Positions 41,502-51,253 of a stretch of DNA of 64,000 nucleotides are shown piece after piece; the first letter of the stretch is position 1; each line of letters starts with the position of its first letter. This DNA comes from an uncultured delta proteobacterium (lineage in GTDB: Bacteria; Desulfobacterota; Desulfobacteria; Desulfobacterales; JAFDCJ01). A program made the position numbers and the translations under genes. The stretch is taken from the NCBI GenBank assembly GCA_963769935.1, contig CAVYNY010000014.1, forward strand, positions 1-64,000. The letters are read 5' to 3'. The notes below the pieces were generated by a model. That model ran no database searches and had not been told where the DNA came from. It worked only from the letters and a program-made list of their open reading frames with translations.

Positions 41502-44177
41502 ATGATGAAATTTTGGGGGCCTATCTTCCTGGCCTGCCTCACGGTCTTGAGCGGCTGTTCAGCTGTCGATCGCGGGGTCAAAAAAGTCGGCCCGCCCGCC
41601 TGGCCCGGTTCCAATCCCTTGAGCATTCCGTATGAGAATCGACTGCAGCAATATAACCAGGGCAATCTTGTTCCCAACCCTTCATTTGAAGAGGGACGGA
41701 TGATCGGCGGCAATCCGGCGGGAACGTTCATGCTCGCGGGTTGGCAAAAAGTCGGTCGGGACGTTGCGTGGATCAATCAGCCGACCGGTGCCGATGCCGC
41801 CCAGGAGGTGGGCAGCGGCAGGCACGCCGTCAAAATTGTCAGGCAAAAAGCCGGCGAACTGGATGAGGCGGAAGGAATTATCAGCGATTATATTGCCGTG
41901 ATTCCGGGAAACTACTATTTTACCTATAAGGTCAGATTAAACCATATCACCAGCCATAAATACAGGCTGGGAGTAAGGCTGCAGGATGCGGTCGTTATAA
42001 AGGTTCTGTTCTTCGACAGCCATAAGCAGCCGATCGATCCGGGCTCGATGAATCCGGTCAGTCAAACCCTCATTGACAGCTCGGACAAAGGGTACTCCTT
42101 TTCAAATTATTGGGCGGTGGATGACTTTCCCTGGAGTACGGTCAGGGGAAGAACGTATAACTATCCATACTCTGAGGGAGATGTTCCCGACCGGACCCGC
42201 TATGTGCGCCTGTTTTTAGGGTTGCGCGGCAGCGGCGCCATGTGGCTGGACGATATCGTCTTTCGCTACTCGAAATGGAATTTCACGGCGCTGGAGCGTT
42301 TTAAACCCTATTTCGACCGGCCGCTGACGCTGGAGGAAAGAATTGTCCCCACACCCAAAAACATTCAAAAGCTGAACGATGTTGTCTTTTACGATCCGCA
42401 AAGCGCGGGGTTGGATTTGCCCCTGATTGTGCTTCCGGAAAATCCGGCGGCAGCCGAGCAGGCAGCGGCCGAAATATTGCAGCAAAGAATCCGGCAGGTG
42501 ATAGACGCTGCCCTTCCGGCTGAAATAACGCAAGCGCTGCGGATTCGGATAATAAAAGAGGATTTGGCCCGCAATGATTTGATCAAGGCCAGGCTGATTT
42601 TCAGTATCGGCCGGAACAGATTTTCCCAACAAATCCAACCCGACCTGCCATTGCAATTTATCCGGGACAGGCCACAGGGCTATGTCATCAAGTCTGAAAA
42701 AGTCGGCGCAGCCCAGGTGGTCTTCTTAAACGGCGCCAGCCCCCTGGCAAATTACTACGCTGCCGCCACCGCCGTTCAGCTCTTTGAAAATGAGGCCTGT
42801 GTCTATCACAATGCCGCAGTCATCGACTATCCGGATTTTTCGGGCCGCTCCTATGTATTTAAGAAATGGAAAAACAGTCAGGAGCTGGAAAATGATATCA
42901 ACGCCATGCAGCGAATGACTCTTCTCAAATTAAACAAGGTCTATCTCGGCTATAACCGCAACGGCCGCAACTGGGATACTATTGATGCGCTGTACCTTCG
43001 CGGCATTAAGGCGGCCGGCAACTGGTGCCGGGAAAACGGCACCATCAGCCTGGCGATGATGGTAAATCCTTACTCCCATCTTGGTTTTGAAGCATCCGTC
43101 GCAAACCTCGACGATGGGCTGAAACATACCTGGACGCACAGCAGCCCGCAAAGCCTCGCGCAGCTTAAGAATATCTACAAAGCCGCCCTGGATGCAGGCG
43201 CAGATACGATAATGCTCCTGTCAGATGATTCGGTGCCGCACAGCGGAACCAACCGTCAAAACTATTCCCTCTATACGGAGGAAGACCAAAAGCGATTCAT
43301 CAATCTTCAAAATGCGCAGGCCTATGTGATCAATCAACTGAAGCAATGGCTTGACGTCGAGTATCCGGGAACCATCCTCGAGTTTTGCCCGCCCTGGTAT
43401 TCAAATGAACATGTCGACCACAGCCGGGGCCAGGCTGAACAATATTTCAAAGACCTGGCTTTCCAGATCCCCCGGGATGTAGCGGTCGTGTGGACCGGCC
43501 CGACAATACGATCATTGTCCATCGATATGGCCGATCTCTACCGCTTCAAATTGCTCATCGGCCGCTGGCCGATGATATGGGACAACACGCTGTATGCGAG
43601 AAGCTTAAAGAGTAAACGCTACGGAGGATATCCGACCTATTACCCCGCCAAAGTGAAGCTGTGCAATCTCTTTGAGCCCTTTGATACCTATCGGCCGGAC
43701 AACTTTCAAAATTACAGCGACGGCGGCCGGATGTACACCAATGGTGCTGCTTTCAGTGAAGTCTACCGGATTAAATACGCCACCGTGGCTGACTATGAAT
43801 GGAACACCGCCGCATATAATCCGGAACTTTCCCTCTGGAAAGTGCTTTGCCGGCTATACGGCCCGGCGTGCGCCAAAGAGCTCCTGCGCTTCAACGACGC
43901 TTATTACGATGTTGATGAGGTGTGCTTAATAATGGAGGCGGAGGGTGCGAGTGCCGGTTATATTAAAAGGGGCGCTGCGTCTTTAAGGCAGATGGATGAC
44001 CATATCGCCGGCATCTCCGCCGCATTGCCCGGATCGGGGCCCCTGGTGAAGGAGCTGCAAAATTATCGGAAAGAACAAAAAAAGTGGTTTGAACAATTGG
44101 CACGGGCGGCAGTAAAGAATCCCGCCGCAGCTTCCGGCCCGAAGAGCCTGCCGTCTGGAGAAAAGGCCGGCCTTTGA
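41502..44177 (+). CDS. Beta-N-acetylglucosaminidase-like (GH84) lipoprotein with CBM-like and GH20-domain-2-like modules
   Basis: Lipobox LSGC; NLVPNPSFEEG (CBM4/9-like); IVPTPK...QGYVI...IDYPDFSGR; catalytic-type LLSDD, FCPPWY, VWTGP, IWDN. Start could be 41436-41505. Confidence 0.7.
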   Translation: MMKFWGPIFLACLTVLSGCSAVDRGVKKVGPPAWPGSNPLSIPYENRLQQYNQGNLVPNPSFEEGRMIGGNPAGTFMLAGWQKVGRDVAWINQPTGADAAQEVGSGRHAVKIVRQKAGELDEAEGIISDYIAVIPGNYYFTYKVRLNHITSHKYRLGVRLQDAVVIKVLFFDSHKQPIDPGSMNPVSQTLIDSSDKGYSFSNYWAVDDFPWSTVRGRTYNYPYSEGDVPDRTRYVRLFLGLRGSGAMWLDDIVFRYSKWNFTALERFKPYFDRPLTLEERIVPTPKNIQKLNDVVFYDPQSAGLDLPLIVLPENPAAAEQAAAEILQQRIRQVIDAALPAEITQALRIRIIKEDLARNDLIKARLIFSIGRNRFSQQIQPDLPLQFIRDRPQGYVIKSEKVGAAQVVFLNGASPLANYYAAATAVQLFENEACVYHNAAVIDYPDFSGRSYVFKKWKNSQELENDINAMQRMTLLKLNKVYLGYNRNGRNWDTIDALYLRGIKAAGNWCRENGTISLAMMVNPYSHLGFEASVANLDDGLKHTWTHSSPQSLAQLKNIYKAALDAGADTIMLLSDDSVPHSGTNRQNYSLYTEEDQKRFINLQNAQAYVINQLKQWLDVEYPGTILEFCPPWYSNEHVDHSRGQAEQYFKDLAFQIPRDVAVVWTGPTIRSLSIDMADLYRFKLLIGRWPMIWDNTLYARSLKSKRYGGYPTYYPAKVKLCNLFEPFDTYRPDNFQNYSDGGRMYTNGAAFSEVYRIKYATVADYEWNTAAYNPELSLWKVLCRLYGPACAKELLRFNDAYYDVDEVCLIMEAEGASAGYIKRGAASLRQMDDHIAGISAALPGSGPLVKELQNYRKEQKKWFEQLARAAVKNPAAASGPKSLPSGEKAGL

Positions 44178-44253
44178 CTTCACCCTGGAGGGTGGTTCCC
44201 ATAAGCGCTAAACTATTTTTAGCCTGGAGGACTGTGGCGGTTTACCAAAAAAG

Positions 44254-44284
44254 AACATCGAACATCGAACATCGAACGTTGAAT
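44254..44284. repeat. Heptamer tandem micro-repeat (aacatcg x3 plus aacgttg)
   Basis: Read directly. A reverse-complement version, tgttcgatgttcggcgttc, lies at 26374-26392. Confidence 0.8.
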
Positions 44285-44293
44285 GGGGAATAG

Positions 44294-44365
44294 ATGAAGA
44301 AATAGATTTATGATTTAGAAGAAATGATATTTACCAGGAAACAGAAGAATTAAATGGATTCGTCC
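44294..44365 (+). pseudogene. Collapsed remnant of a four-helix-bundle (23S rRNA IVS-like, TIGR02436) gene
   Basis: MKK*IYDLEE joined, with a frame change, to NDIYQETEEL, immediately after the heptamer repeats. These resemble the N- and C-terminal segments of this family as I recall them. Confidence 0.55.
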
Positions 44366-45064
44366 CTAATTTTCCAAAAAGGGTGAAAAAAGATACCGTA
44401 TATCCGCCAAAGACTTTTCGATGGCATAGGGCAGGGACTTCGCATGGTTATCTAGGATGACAATCGCATTGATTGATGAATCGGTTTTGGTAGCCGCTCG
44501 CAGGCGTTCGACAATAGCGATATTGATGATTTGCATGTTGTCGTAAATTCTGGTCAACCCTTCGAGTTCGAGGTCGGCGGTGCGCCCGGCTTTTTTCAGA
44601 AAATACTGCGCCAGCAGGTACATCGAGGTTGCGCGAAAGATTGTTTCTTCTTTACTTGCCAGGGGCAGATGAAAACGTGCCATCGGTCTGAAAAAGGCGG
44701 CATGCGGACATCCACTGGTTGCAATGACCAGCCCCAGCATCGAACTGATTCCTATCTGAGCCGTCGTTATCTGGGATATGCACCGTTCGGCTGTTTTAAC
44801 GTCCACCCTGATTTCATCGTATGAAATCAGGTCCTCAAAGCGATTAACGATATTGACCAGATTGACCGCCAAAGGACAGCGCGGATGACGCGCGATATCG
44901 AGCGGACAGTTCGGGCATTGATGAAAATCCAATTCGGTCCAGGCGGGCGGATGATCAGGGATATTGCTGATCAGCTCCAGGCTGGCGGCGGCCAGTTCAA
45001 AGATAAATTCTTCCCGGGAGTTGTTGCGCTTGCGGAAATGGTATTGAATCACAGTGTTTTTCAC
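44366..45064 (-). CDS. DUF6901 family protein
   Basis: PAWTELDFHQCPNCPL...CPLA, SGCPH..FFRPMARFHLP.AS..ETIFR, SMYLLAQYF; GTG start after GAGG. Confidence 0.8.
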   Translation of the reverse strand: MKNTVIQYHFRKRNNSREEFIFELAAASLELISNIPDHPPAWTELDFHQCPNCPLDIARHPRCPLAVNLVNIVNRFEDLISYDEIRVDVKTAERCISQITTAQIGISSMLGLVIATSGCPHAAFFRPMARFHLPLASKEETIFRATSMYLLAQYFLKKAGRTADLELEGLTRIYDNMQIINIAIVERLRAATKTDSSINAIVILDNHAKSLPYAIEKSLADIRYLFSPFLEN

Positions 45065-45445
45065 GACACCTCTTGAGGTTTTATGTATTGTCCGTTGAAA
45101 AGCAAAATTCATTCCATTCGATCGGCTTGGTCTAAATTAACCACATTATCTGATGGTTAGACGGCAGTACGAGAATCAGGTAAATGAATTTTCCCATCAA
45201 TTTGTTGTAGAGTGGACAGACGGTTATCTTTTTGTGAACATCGGTGAATATCCCCGCGCGAGATATCTGAGTTGATTAAAGCGGTGTTTAATATTATGTT
45301 ATCAGGCAGGATATCGATGTAGAAATAAAATTCATTATCCATCAGTATGGAATAGCTGGTGAAATCGTCGGGAAGCAACCCCACTCAAGGGCTGGCCGCG
45401 ATCTTACCGGGTTTATGTTAACACTCAGCAGGAAGGAAAAACCGG

Positions 45446-45805
45446 ATGAATATCGATGTTTCGATTCATGAGGTCGTATCCTGGCTTGTGACGGTTGTCG
45501 CGCTGACCCTTTATTTAATGGAGCGGCGTAAAAACGTTGCCGCCCCCTGCTATAAGGCTCTGCAGGGGATTCTCCGATCCTGTCTTGAAAGGAAAGGCCA
45601 TTTCGCCGTCCTCGCCAAGAACCTTCAAGAAGACAAACGGGAAGAAATCCCCAAAACTGAGTTTCTGCTTACCCTCGACATTGCTCAAACGGAGTATTTT
45701 GCAATGATGCAGTTTGTAATGGGTACCATCCACGCCATTCAGCTGAACCAGGATATTCCCTCTGAAGTTGATGAGTTTGCAATTTCTAAAAAAGAAGAAT
45801 TATAG
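45446..45805 (+). CDS. Hypothetical protein with N-terminal TM helix
   Basis: AAGGA RBS, 119 aa, single hydrophobic segment followed by ERRK. Confidence 0.6.
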   Translation: MNIDVSIHEVVSWLVTVVALTLYLMERRKNVAAPCYKALQGILRSCLERKGHFAVLAKNLQEDKREEIPKTEFLLTLDIAQTEYFAMMQFVMGTIHAIQLNQDIPSEVDEFAISKKEEL

Positions 45806-45836
45806 CAGCTGTTTCTGCCGCAGAAATACCGTGTCT

Positions 45837-46856
45837 TCACGTAATCAGTCCCCTGTGCTGCATTTCCGACAACACCATGTATATGTCAGTCTCGTTGTAA
45901 GGGATTCGACGGACCATGCGGGCGATAGTGTCATTTTTTTGAAGGCACTGGTGGATTTGGCGGGCCAGGGGCAGCGTGTCCGGATTTTCCCAGGTCAGCG
46001 TTTTCATGTTAAGCTTGAATCGGCGCCGGTCGTCCGGAATTTCAGACTTGAGTTCTTTCAACTCGTCCATCAGGTGGGCACATTCCATCAGCAGCCCCGT
46101 GGTGGAAGCCATGATTTCTTCCTCGTCGGTAAAATCGGCCGGCAGCGGACCGCTCCTGAAAATAAAGGATTCCTGGAGCGGTGCCAGAAAAAGCTGATAG
46201 ACGGCCTGTTTACCGATCAGATGTCCCAGCTTGGCATAACGGATCCGTCCCAGGTCAAAATAGATTTCGGCAAATATATTCCCGGCCGAGTCCCGGATGG
46301 TAAGGGTTCCCGATCGGCCGGCGCCGGACAGGGCCTGGATCACCGTGGCGAGATCGAAGTATTGCAGGTCGCCGGACAGCTTCTGGTAGCGGGCGGCCAT
46401 TCGCTGCTTGCGCAGCCGATCCTCCAAACGTCTGGACATAACCGTAAGCAGGCTGTTGGAAAACTCCGGAATTTCCTGCATTAAGGCCTCAAAGGCGGAT
46501 TTGGGCAGTTTATAAACCTCTGCCATTTGCGGTATCCGGGCCAGCGAACCTCGGGGCGTGCCGGTAGTAATGGCCATTTCCCCGATCGTGTCGCCCTCTC
46601 CCAGGTAAGCCACAACCGAAGGCGACTCGCCGTCTCCGCGGGCCCGGCATATTTCAACTACGCCGGATTTTACCACATACAGCACATCGGCCGGGTCTCC
46701 CAGCTGAAACAGAACGGCGCCCGGTGTTGAATATGATTCAATTGCGCCTCGCCTGAGAACAATCCAGAGGAGGTCTGATCCAAACGCTTCAAATATTTCC
46801 GCCCGCTTTAAAAAACGGATGTGTTCGTCCAGTTGCAGGTCTTTTACCGGGTTCAT
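45837..46856 (-). CDS. Cyclic nucleotide-binding domain plus DUF4388 (PATAN-like) protein
   Basis: LFQLGDPADVLYVVKSGVVEI, GEMAITTGTPR; LSGDLQYFDLATVIQAL...RSGTLTI...IYFDLGRIRYA. Confidence 0.85.
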   Translation of the reverse strand: MNPVKDLQLDEHIRFLKRAEIFEAFGSDLLWIVLRRGAIESYSTPGAVLFQLGDPADVLYVVKSGVVEICRARGDGESPSVVAYLGEGDTIGEMAITTGTPRGSLARIPQMAEVYKLPKSAFEALMQEIPEFSNSLLTVMSRRLEDRLRKQRMAARYQKLSGDLQYFDLATVIQALSGAGRSGTLTIRDSAGNIFAEIYFDLGRIRYAKLGHLIGKQAVYQLFLAPLQESFIFRSGPLPADFTDEEEIMASTTGLLMECAHLMDELKELKSEIPDDRRRFKLNMKTLTWENPDTLPLARQIHQCLQKNDTIARMVRRIPYNETDIYMVLSEMQHRGLIT

Positions 46857-47140
46857 GGGCAGGCCTTCCCTTTCAGGTTTTTCAAATCATTGTCGCTGGT
46901 TTTGATTGTAAAAGCAATTTTTGGGCCGAATCCAGTCAAAATTTCTGCTGAGCGAGAATCGCCCGGATTTTTATAGAAAGCGCATCCGGGCGATAAAAAA
47001 CCATTTTGGTTCAACTCACACGCCTACCGATAGATGTGTCTGCCGAGGAAGTGATTTTTTTATGGATAATAAATTTTTTGTCGTTCGTCAAGGTAATGAC
47101 ATGGCGGGATTTCCGCTGGGCTGCAGCCTGCAGACCCGGG

Positions 47141-48745
47141 CTAGGAGATATCGTCTGCTTTCCATTTCCGGCAAATCACACAGGCATTGATTCCGCCGAT
47201 GCCCATGTTGATCTTGCCTGCGATATCCCCTTCCATTGCCACCGGTTCATCGCCGACCAGGCACTGGTGATAGGGCCGCATGAGATTATGAACTTCCTCT
47301 TTTTCGAGATCGATCGGTGCCAGTTTGCCCTTGGCAAATCCGAGGTGCTGCGCCGTCAGCTCCCAGCCACCGCAGACCGACATACCGTGGCCGAAAGTAC
47401 CCTTGCGGGCCGTGAATTTCGTGTTGCCGGGGAAAACGTCAAGGGCATTCTGCAATTCGGTCCAATCTCCGGGAGTTGCCGTGGCGTGCATGTCCCAGGT
47501 CTCCACCTCTTCCGGACGGATCCCGGCTTCGCTCAACGCCTGCTGAATTGCGGTTAAGGGGCCCTCGCGCGACGGGGTGATGATGTGGTCGGCGTCTGAG
47601 GTGAGCGCCACGCTGAGGATTTCCAGGCCCAGCGGTTTGAAACCTTGCTGCATGAAAAAATCGGCATCCCCCACGATCCACATGCAGGCGCCCCCGGCGA
47701 TGTGAGTGCCGCGCAGTCCTGTAAACGGTTTGGAGACGCGGCCATCGTGGGAGAGAACACGGGCGCCGTAAAATGCACCCACTGAAAGCGGATGGGGCTC
47801 CGGGTCCGTTGCCCCGACCACAACCGCTTGCGCCTGGCCCGCTCGAATGGCGTTGATCCCCATTTTCAGGGCCGTTCCAAATCCGGAGCAGGCAGCGACC
47901 GGTGCCACCGCCGGGCCCGTTATCCGGGCCAGCATGGAAATTTGGGCGGCTGGAATGTTGGGAAGGTTCCAGAGCAGCATCGGGTCGACGGCATTCCAGG
48001 GCTCGGTGGGACAGCCGTACTTGTCATTGAGTTTGCGCCTGGCGCCGGATTTGCGCCGTATCAGATGGACTTTTTCCTTCTCAATATCGCCCGTAATGCT
48101 TTCGGCCTCGATCTGCTTCAACTCACCCAGATATTGCCGCAGTCCGCCCGACCGATTTACCCAGAAAGCATACCAGCTTTCGGTGGTGTCCTCATAGTTT
48201 TCGTCCAACGGATCGAAACCCTCCGGATCCGGCGGCGCGCCGAGTTCTGCTCTGAGATCAGTTTTGGCGGCCGGCGATGTCATCGCTCGATAGGCCGCCA
48301 ACTCGCTGTGATACGCTTCCCGACACCAGAATCGGTTCCAGCGCTGCTGAGCTTTATTATATATCATTGCTTTTTCATAGTGCAGGGGAAAATCGCCGAG
48401 ACCGGTGGCGACATAAATATGAGCCTGTGTTTTCAGGCCCTGCAACAGCCTCTCAATAGCCGGATTCTGTTCAAGGGCCTGAATGAACGCCCCCAGCGCA
48501 TACTTAACCATGTTGCCCATTTTTTGGTCCAGCTGGGAATATTTTCGGGGGGTAAAGCGGCTCTCGATCCATGATCGGTAAACGGAGAAATCAAAATCAG
48601 GCTCGCCGACCAGAAAATTGCTTGGCCCGAAACCGGTAAACGGTCGGAGCCAGTTGGTGGCTTTCTCCAGATTTTTCTCAAAAACCTTGATATTGGGCGA
48701 TCTGGGGGCAACGATTCCCCAACCGAAGATACCGATTCGCTTCAT
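47141..48745 (-). CDS. Beta-ketoacyl synthase (FabF-like, C-H-H triad) with large helical insertion
   Basis: VAACSGFG (Cys), TSDADHI, DMHATATPGD (His), KGTFGHGM (His), GIGGINA. Confidence 0.85.
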   Translation of the reverse strand: MKRIGIFGWGIVAPRSPNIKVFEKNLEKATNWLRPFTGFGPSNFLVGEPDFDFSVYRSWIESRFTPRKYSQLDQKMGNMVKYALGAFIQALEQNPAIERLLQGLKTQAHIYVATGLGDFPLHYEKAMIYNKAQQRWNRFWCREAYHSELAAYRAMTSPAAKTDLRAELGAPPDPEGFDPLDENYEDTTESWYAFWVNRSGGLRQYLGELKQIEAESITGDIEKEKVHLIRRKSGARRKLNDKYGCPTEPWNAVDPMLLWNLPNIPAAQISMLARITGPAVAPVAACSGFGTALKMGINAIRAGQAQAVVVGATDPEPHPLSVGAFYGARVLSHDGRVSKPFTGLRGTHIAGGACMWIVGDADFFMQQGFKPLGLEILSVALTSDADHIITPSREGPLTAIQQALSEAGIRPEEVETWDMHATATPGDWTELQNALDVFPGNTKFTARKGTFGHGMSVCGGWELTAQHLGFAKGKLAPIDLEKEEVHNLMRPYHQCLVGDEPVAMEGDIAGKINMGIGGINACVICRKWKADDIS

Positions 48746-49014
48746 CTGGACTAACTCCGTCTTTCCCGCACACTATAGCGCAAGTATGATTTCAGCCATC
48801 CGAATATAAGTTACCCACGCGGTGCCCGATTATTATGGGATAAAGTATATACCTTAAGGTCGGGTGTCAAAGTCTGCCTACTGAAAATCCGACAGAGAAT
48901 CACATTGAAGTCCCGGTTTTTCAAAAATGGAGGTACGGTTGATGTCTGCCGCCTGGGCATCCACAATTTAATGGAGGGGACCGCTGATGGCGACCCGGCA
49001 TTTTCAGGCCGCGG

Positions 49015-49650
49015 TCAACTGCGCGACGCCCGTGCCAGCGTTACCTTGATTTTATTTGAGTCGGCTATTTTTTCAGCCATCAGGATGGAGATGTTTTTCA
49101 GACACTGCTCCATGGATCTGCTGATGGCGACGGCACCGCCGCCGCATGTCCGGCCGGCATCCGCAAAATCTTTTTTGCTGTACCCGACCACCGAGCGCCA
49201 GATCGGGTTCAGCTTCGCGTCGTAGAAGGTGAGCAGTATATTCATTTCAACCCATGATTCGGCGGTTCCGGACCAGGTCCCATCGGTAAACTTCAAATCG
49301 ACGTCAAAATCCAGGAGTTCGGCCGCCAGTATGCCGTCGAAACCATGATTCTGCGGAACACTATCAACCGGCCGGCAATTTTTGAAAACACTCTGCGCGG
49401 TTTTGATCAGGGTGGCTTTGATGCTTTGACCGGCTTCGAGTGGAAAGTTGGTTGTGCTGCAATAGCGGCTGTGGGGCTCCACAACTTTACTTAGCTCAGC
49501 CAGTTCAGGAGGAATGAAAATCGCTATATTTCCTTCTATTTTCTGATCTATGAGCTTTAATGCAACCGGTGAGACGATCGGCGTGACCGTCACCGCGTGT
49601 GAGCAACCCAAAAGGAGCATGCTTATCAATAGACAAAGCGGTTTTTTCAT
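49015..49650 (-). CDS. Hypothetical lipoprotein
   Basis: GGAGG RBS, MKKPLCLLISMLLLGC lipobox. Confidence 0.75.
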   Translation of the reverse strand: MKKPLCLLISMLLLGCSHAVTVTPIVSPVALKLIDQKIEGNIAIFIPPELAELSKVVEPHSRYCSTTNFPLEAGQSIKATLIKTAQSVFKNCRPVDSVPQNHGFDGILAAELLDFDVDLKFTDGTWSGTAESWVEMNILLTFYDAKLNPIWRSVVGYSKKDFADAGRTCGGGAVAISRSMEQCLKNISILMAEKIADSNKIKVTLARASRS

Positions 49651-49893
49651 TTTCTTATAACCTCCAAGAACCGTAGTAATTTGGCCGGCAACGAATCGGC
49701 CTATGCCAATCATCAGTGTCCGTATTGTTTATCGGCCAATAAGGAAAAAACTTAAAAGCAAATCACACTCGATTTGGGCCTTCCTGGGTCGAATTGACAT
49801 CCCGAAATTGGTGATCATGTTTCTATTAAAATTCTTCCGATGATTTAAAATGGCTGAGTAAGCCGATCGGCATGCGGAAAGGAGATTGCGGCA

Positions 49894-50460
49894 ATGAAGT
49901 ATTCCAAGGTTTTCTTGAGTTTCTGGCTGGTGATACTTTTGGGGACGCCCGCAGTGGCCGCTTATGATATTCAGCAGGGTATCCATGGTAAGAAATGGGG
50001 CAGCTCAATCTTATCCTACGGCGATTTAATCAAGGTGCACGAATGGGGGCAGACGGCGTATTATGTTGACTCGAATATGTACTATGAAACTGCCAACCAA
50101 ATGGTTCCCGCCGTTTTTTATGGTTTTTACAAGGGCCGGTTTTTTGCCGTATTCATTAAGCTGCGCTCACCGGCCCAGTTCTCAAACCTGGAACGACAAT
50201 TCACGGCCAGGCACGGCAAGCCTAAAACCACCCGTGATCCCGCAGCCCGATTGACGGTGCATCGCTGGCAGAACAAAAATATAAAAATTAAGCTGAAATT
50301 GCGGGAATCGCCGGCGGAATACAAGCTGGCCATATATTACGCCCCGCTGACGGGCCGACTTAACGAGGACCAGCTGGAGAACATACCGCCCGAGGCTTAC
50401 GATAAGATGCCCTCTAATAAAGAGAACAATTCAAAACCGGTACCGTTGCTGGACTATTGA
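49894..50460 (+). CDS. Hypothetical exported protein
   Basis: AAGGAG RBS, signal peptide ending AVA-A, GIHGKKWGS motif. Confidence 0.75.
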   Translation: MKYSKVFLSFWLVILLGTPAVAAYDIQQGIHGKKWGSSILSYGDLIKVHEWGQTAYYVDSNMYYETANQMVPAVFYGFYKGRFFAVFIKLRSPAQFSNLERQFTARHGKPKTTRDPAARLTVHRWQNKNIKIKLKLRESPAEYKLAIYYAPLTGRLNEDQLENIPPEAYDKMPSNKENNSKPVPLLDY

Positions 50461-50570
50461 TTTTTGTGAGAATCAGAAGTGACATCCGGTAATGTGGGGG
50501 TTGATGCAGGGTTCGGCAAATAAAAAGGCGGCCGGACAGCCGCCTGCTGAAGTACAGTAAACAATTCAAC

Positions 50571-50726
50571 CTATCCGCAGATTTGACAATCCTCAAGGCA
50601 TTGCATGTATTCCCGGTCTCGTTTTTCGTCGTCACCGTCTTCTTCGACCTCGGAATTTCCCCAGTATTTATATATGCAATTGCTCATACAGGCTTGTTCA
50701 TGTCTGGTTATCTGGTGTTCTTTCAT
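50571..50726 (-). CDS. 51-aa Cys-rich small protein (below ORF-track cutoff)
   Basis: GAGGT RBS; MKEHQITRHEQACMSNCIYKYWGNSEVEEDGDDEKRDREYMQCLEDCQICG*; GC hairpin downstream at ~50525-50545. Confidence 0.7.
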   Translation of the reverse strand: MKEHQITRHEQACMSNCIYKYWGNSEVEEDGDDEKRDREYMQCLEDCQICG

Positions 50727-50813
50727 GATGCACCTCACAGAACTTTAATGGAATCATCTTCAGGGTATATGTTTATCCTAATCATTTTATTTCCGATTGC
50801 AACCGATGGTGCA

Positions 50814-51008
50814 TTATTTCGCTGATTCCGGTTGATCCGCCTTCAGCGCTTTCAGTTGCGCCAAAACGGCTGCATATTCGTCTTCCAGCTCGAAAAGCTC
50901 GGTCATGATCGGCGGTTTCACCGAATGGGCGGGCAGCCGTTTTTCGGTCTCCTTGATTTTCCGTTCGAGTTCGGCCAATTTATTTTTGAATTTCTGTTTT
51001 TGATCCAT
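50814..51008 (-). CDS. Small coiled-coil hypothetical protein (LPAHSVKP motif)
   Basis: GGAG RBS; helix-LPAHSVKP-helix hairpin. Confidence 0.7.
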   Translation of the reverse strand: MDQKQKFKNKLAELERKIKETEKRLPAHSVKPPIMTELFELEDEYAAVLAQLKALKADQPESAK

Positions 51009-51253
51009 CTTTATTGTCTCCAGTATTCCAATGGTGAGCGCAGCAGACCAAGCTCTCCCCCCTGAACGACAGCAGTTTGAGAGTTGTCAAATGTTTTTTG
51101 AAAAAGGCTCACTCAAAAATTTTGATTGCACGGTTGCCATATTCCTTTTCGATAGTTATTGTTTCAATGATATCAACCTTGATAGTCGAGCCGAAAATGA
51201 CTGTGTCCGGGGCAGCCGGCAATAATAAAAGAATCAAAATCCAGGAGGTTGCT

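Noticed and set aside
48948..48959. GCCGCCTGGGCA, resembling the 3' end of a ZTP (pfl) riboswitch
   Set aside because: The upstream GACUGGCG partner and P1 stem are absent, and no plus-strand gene follows.
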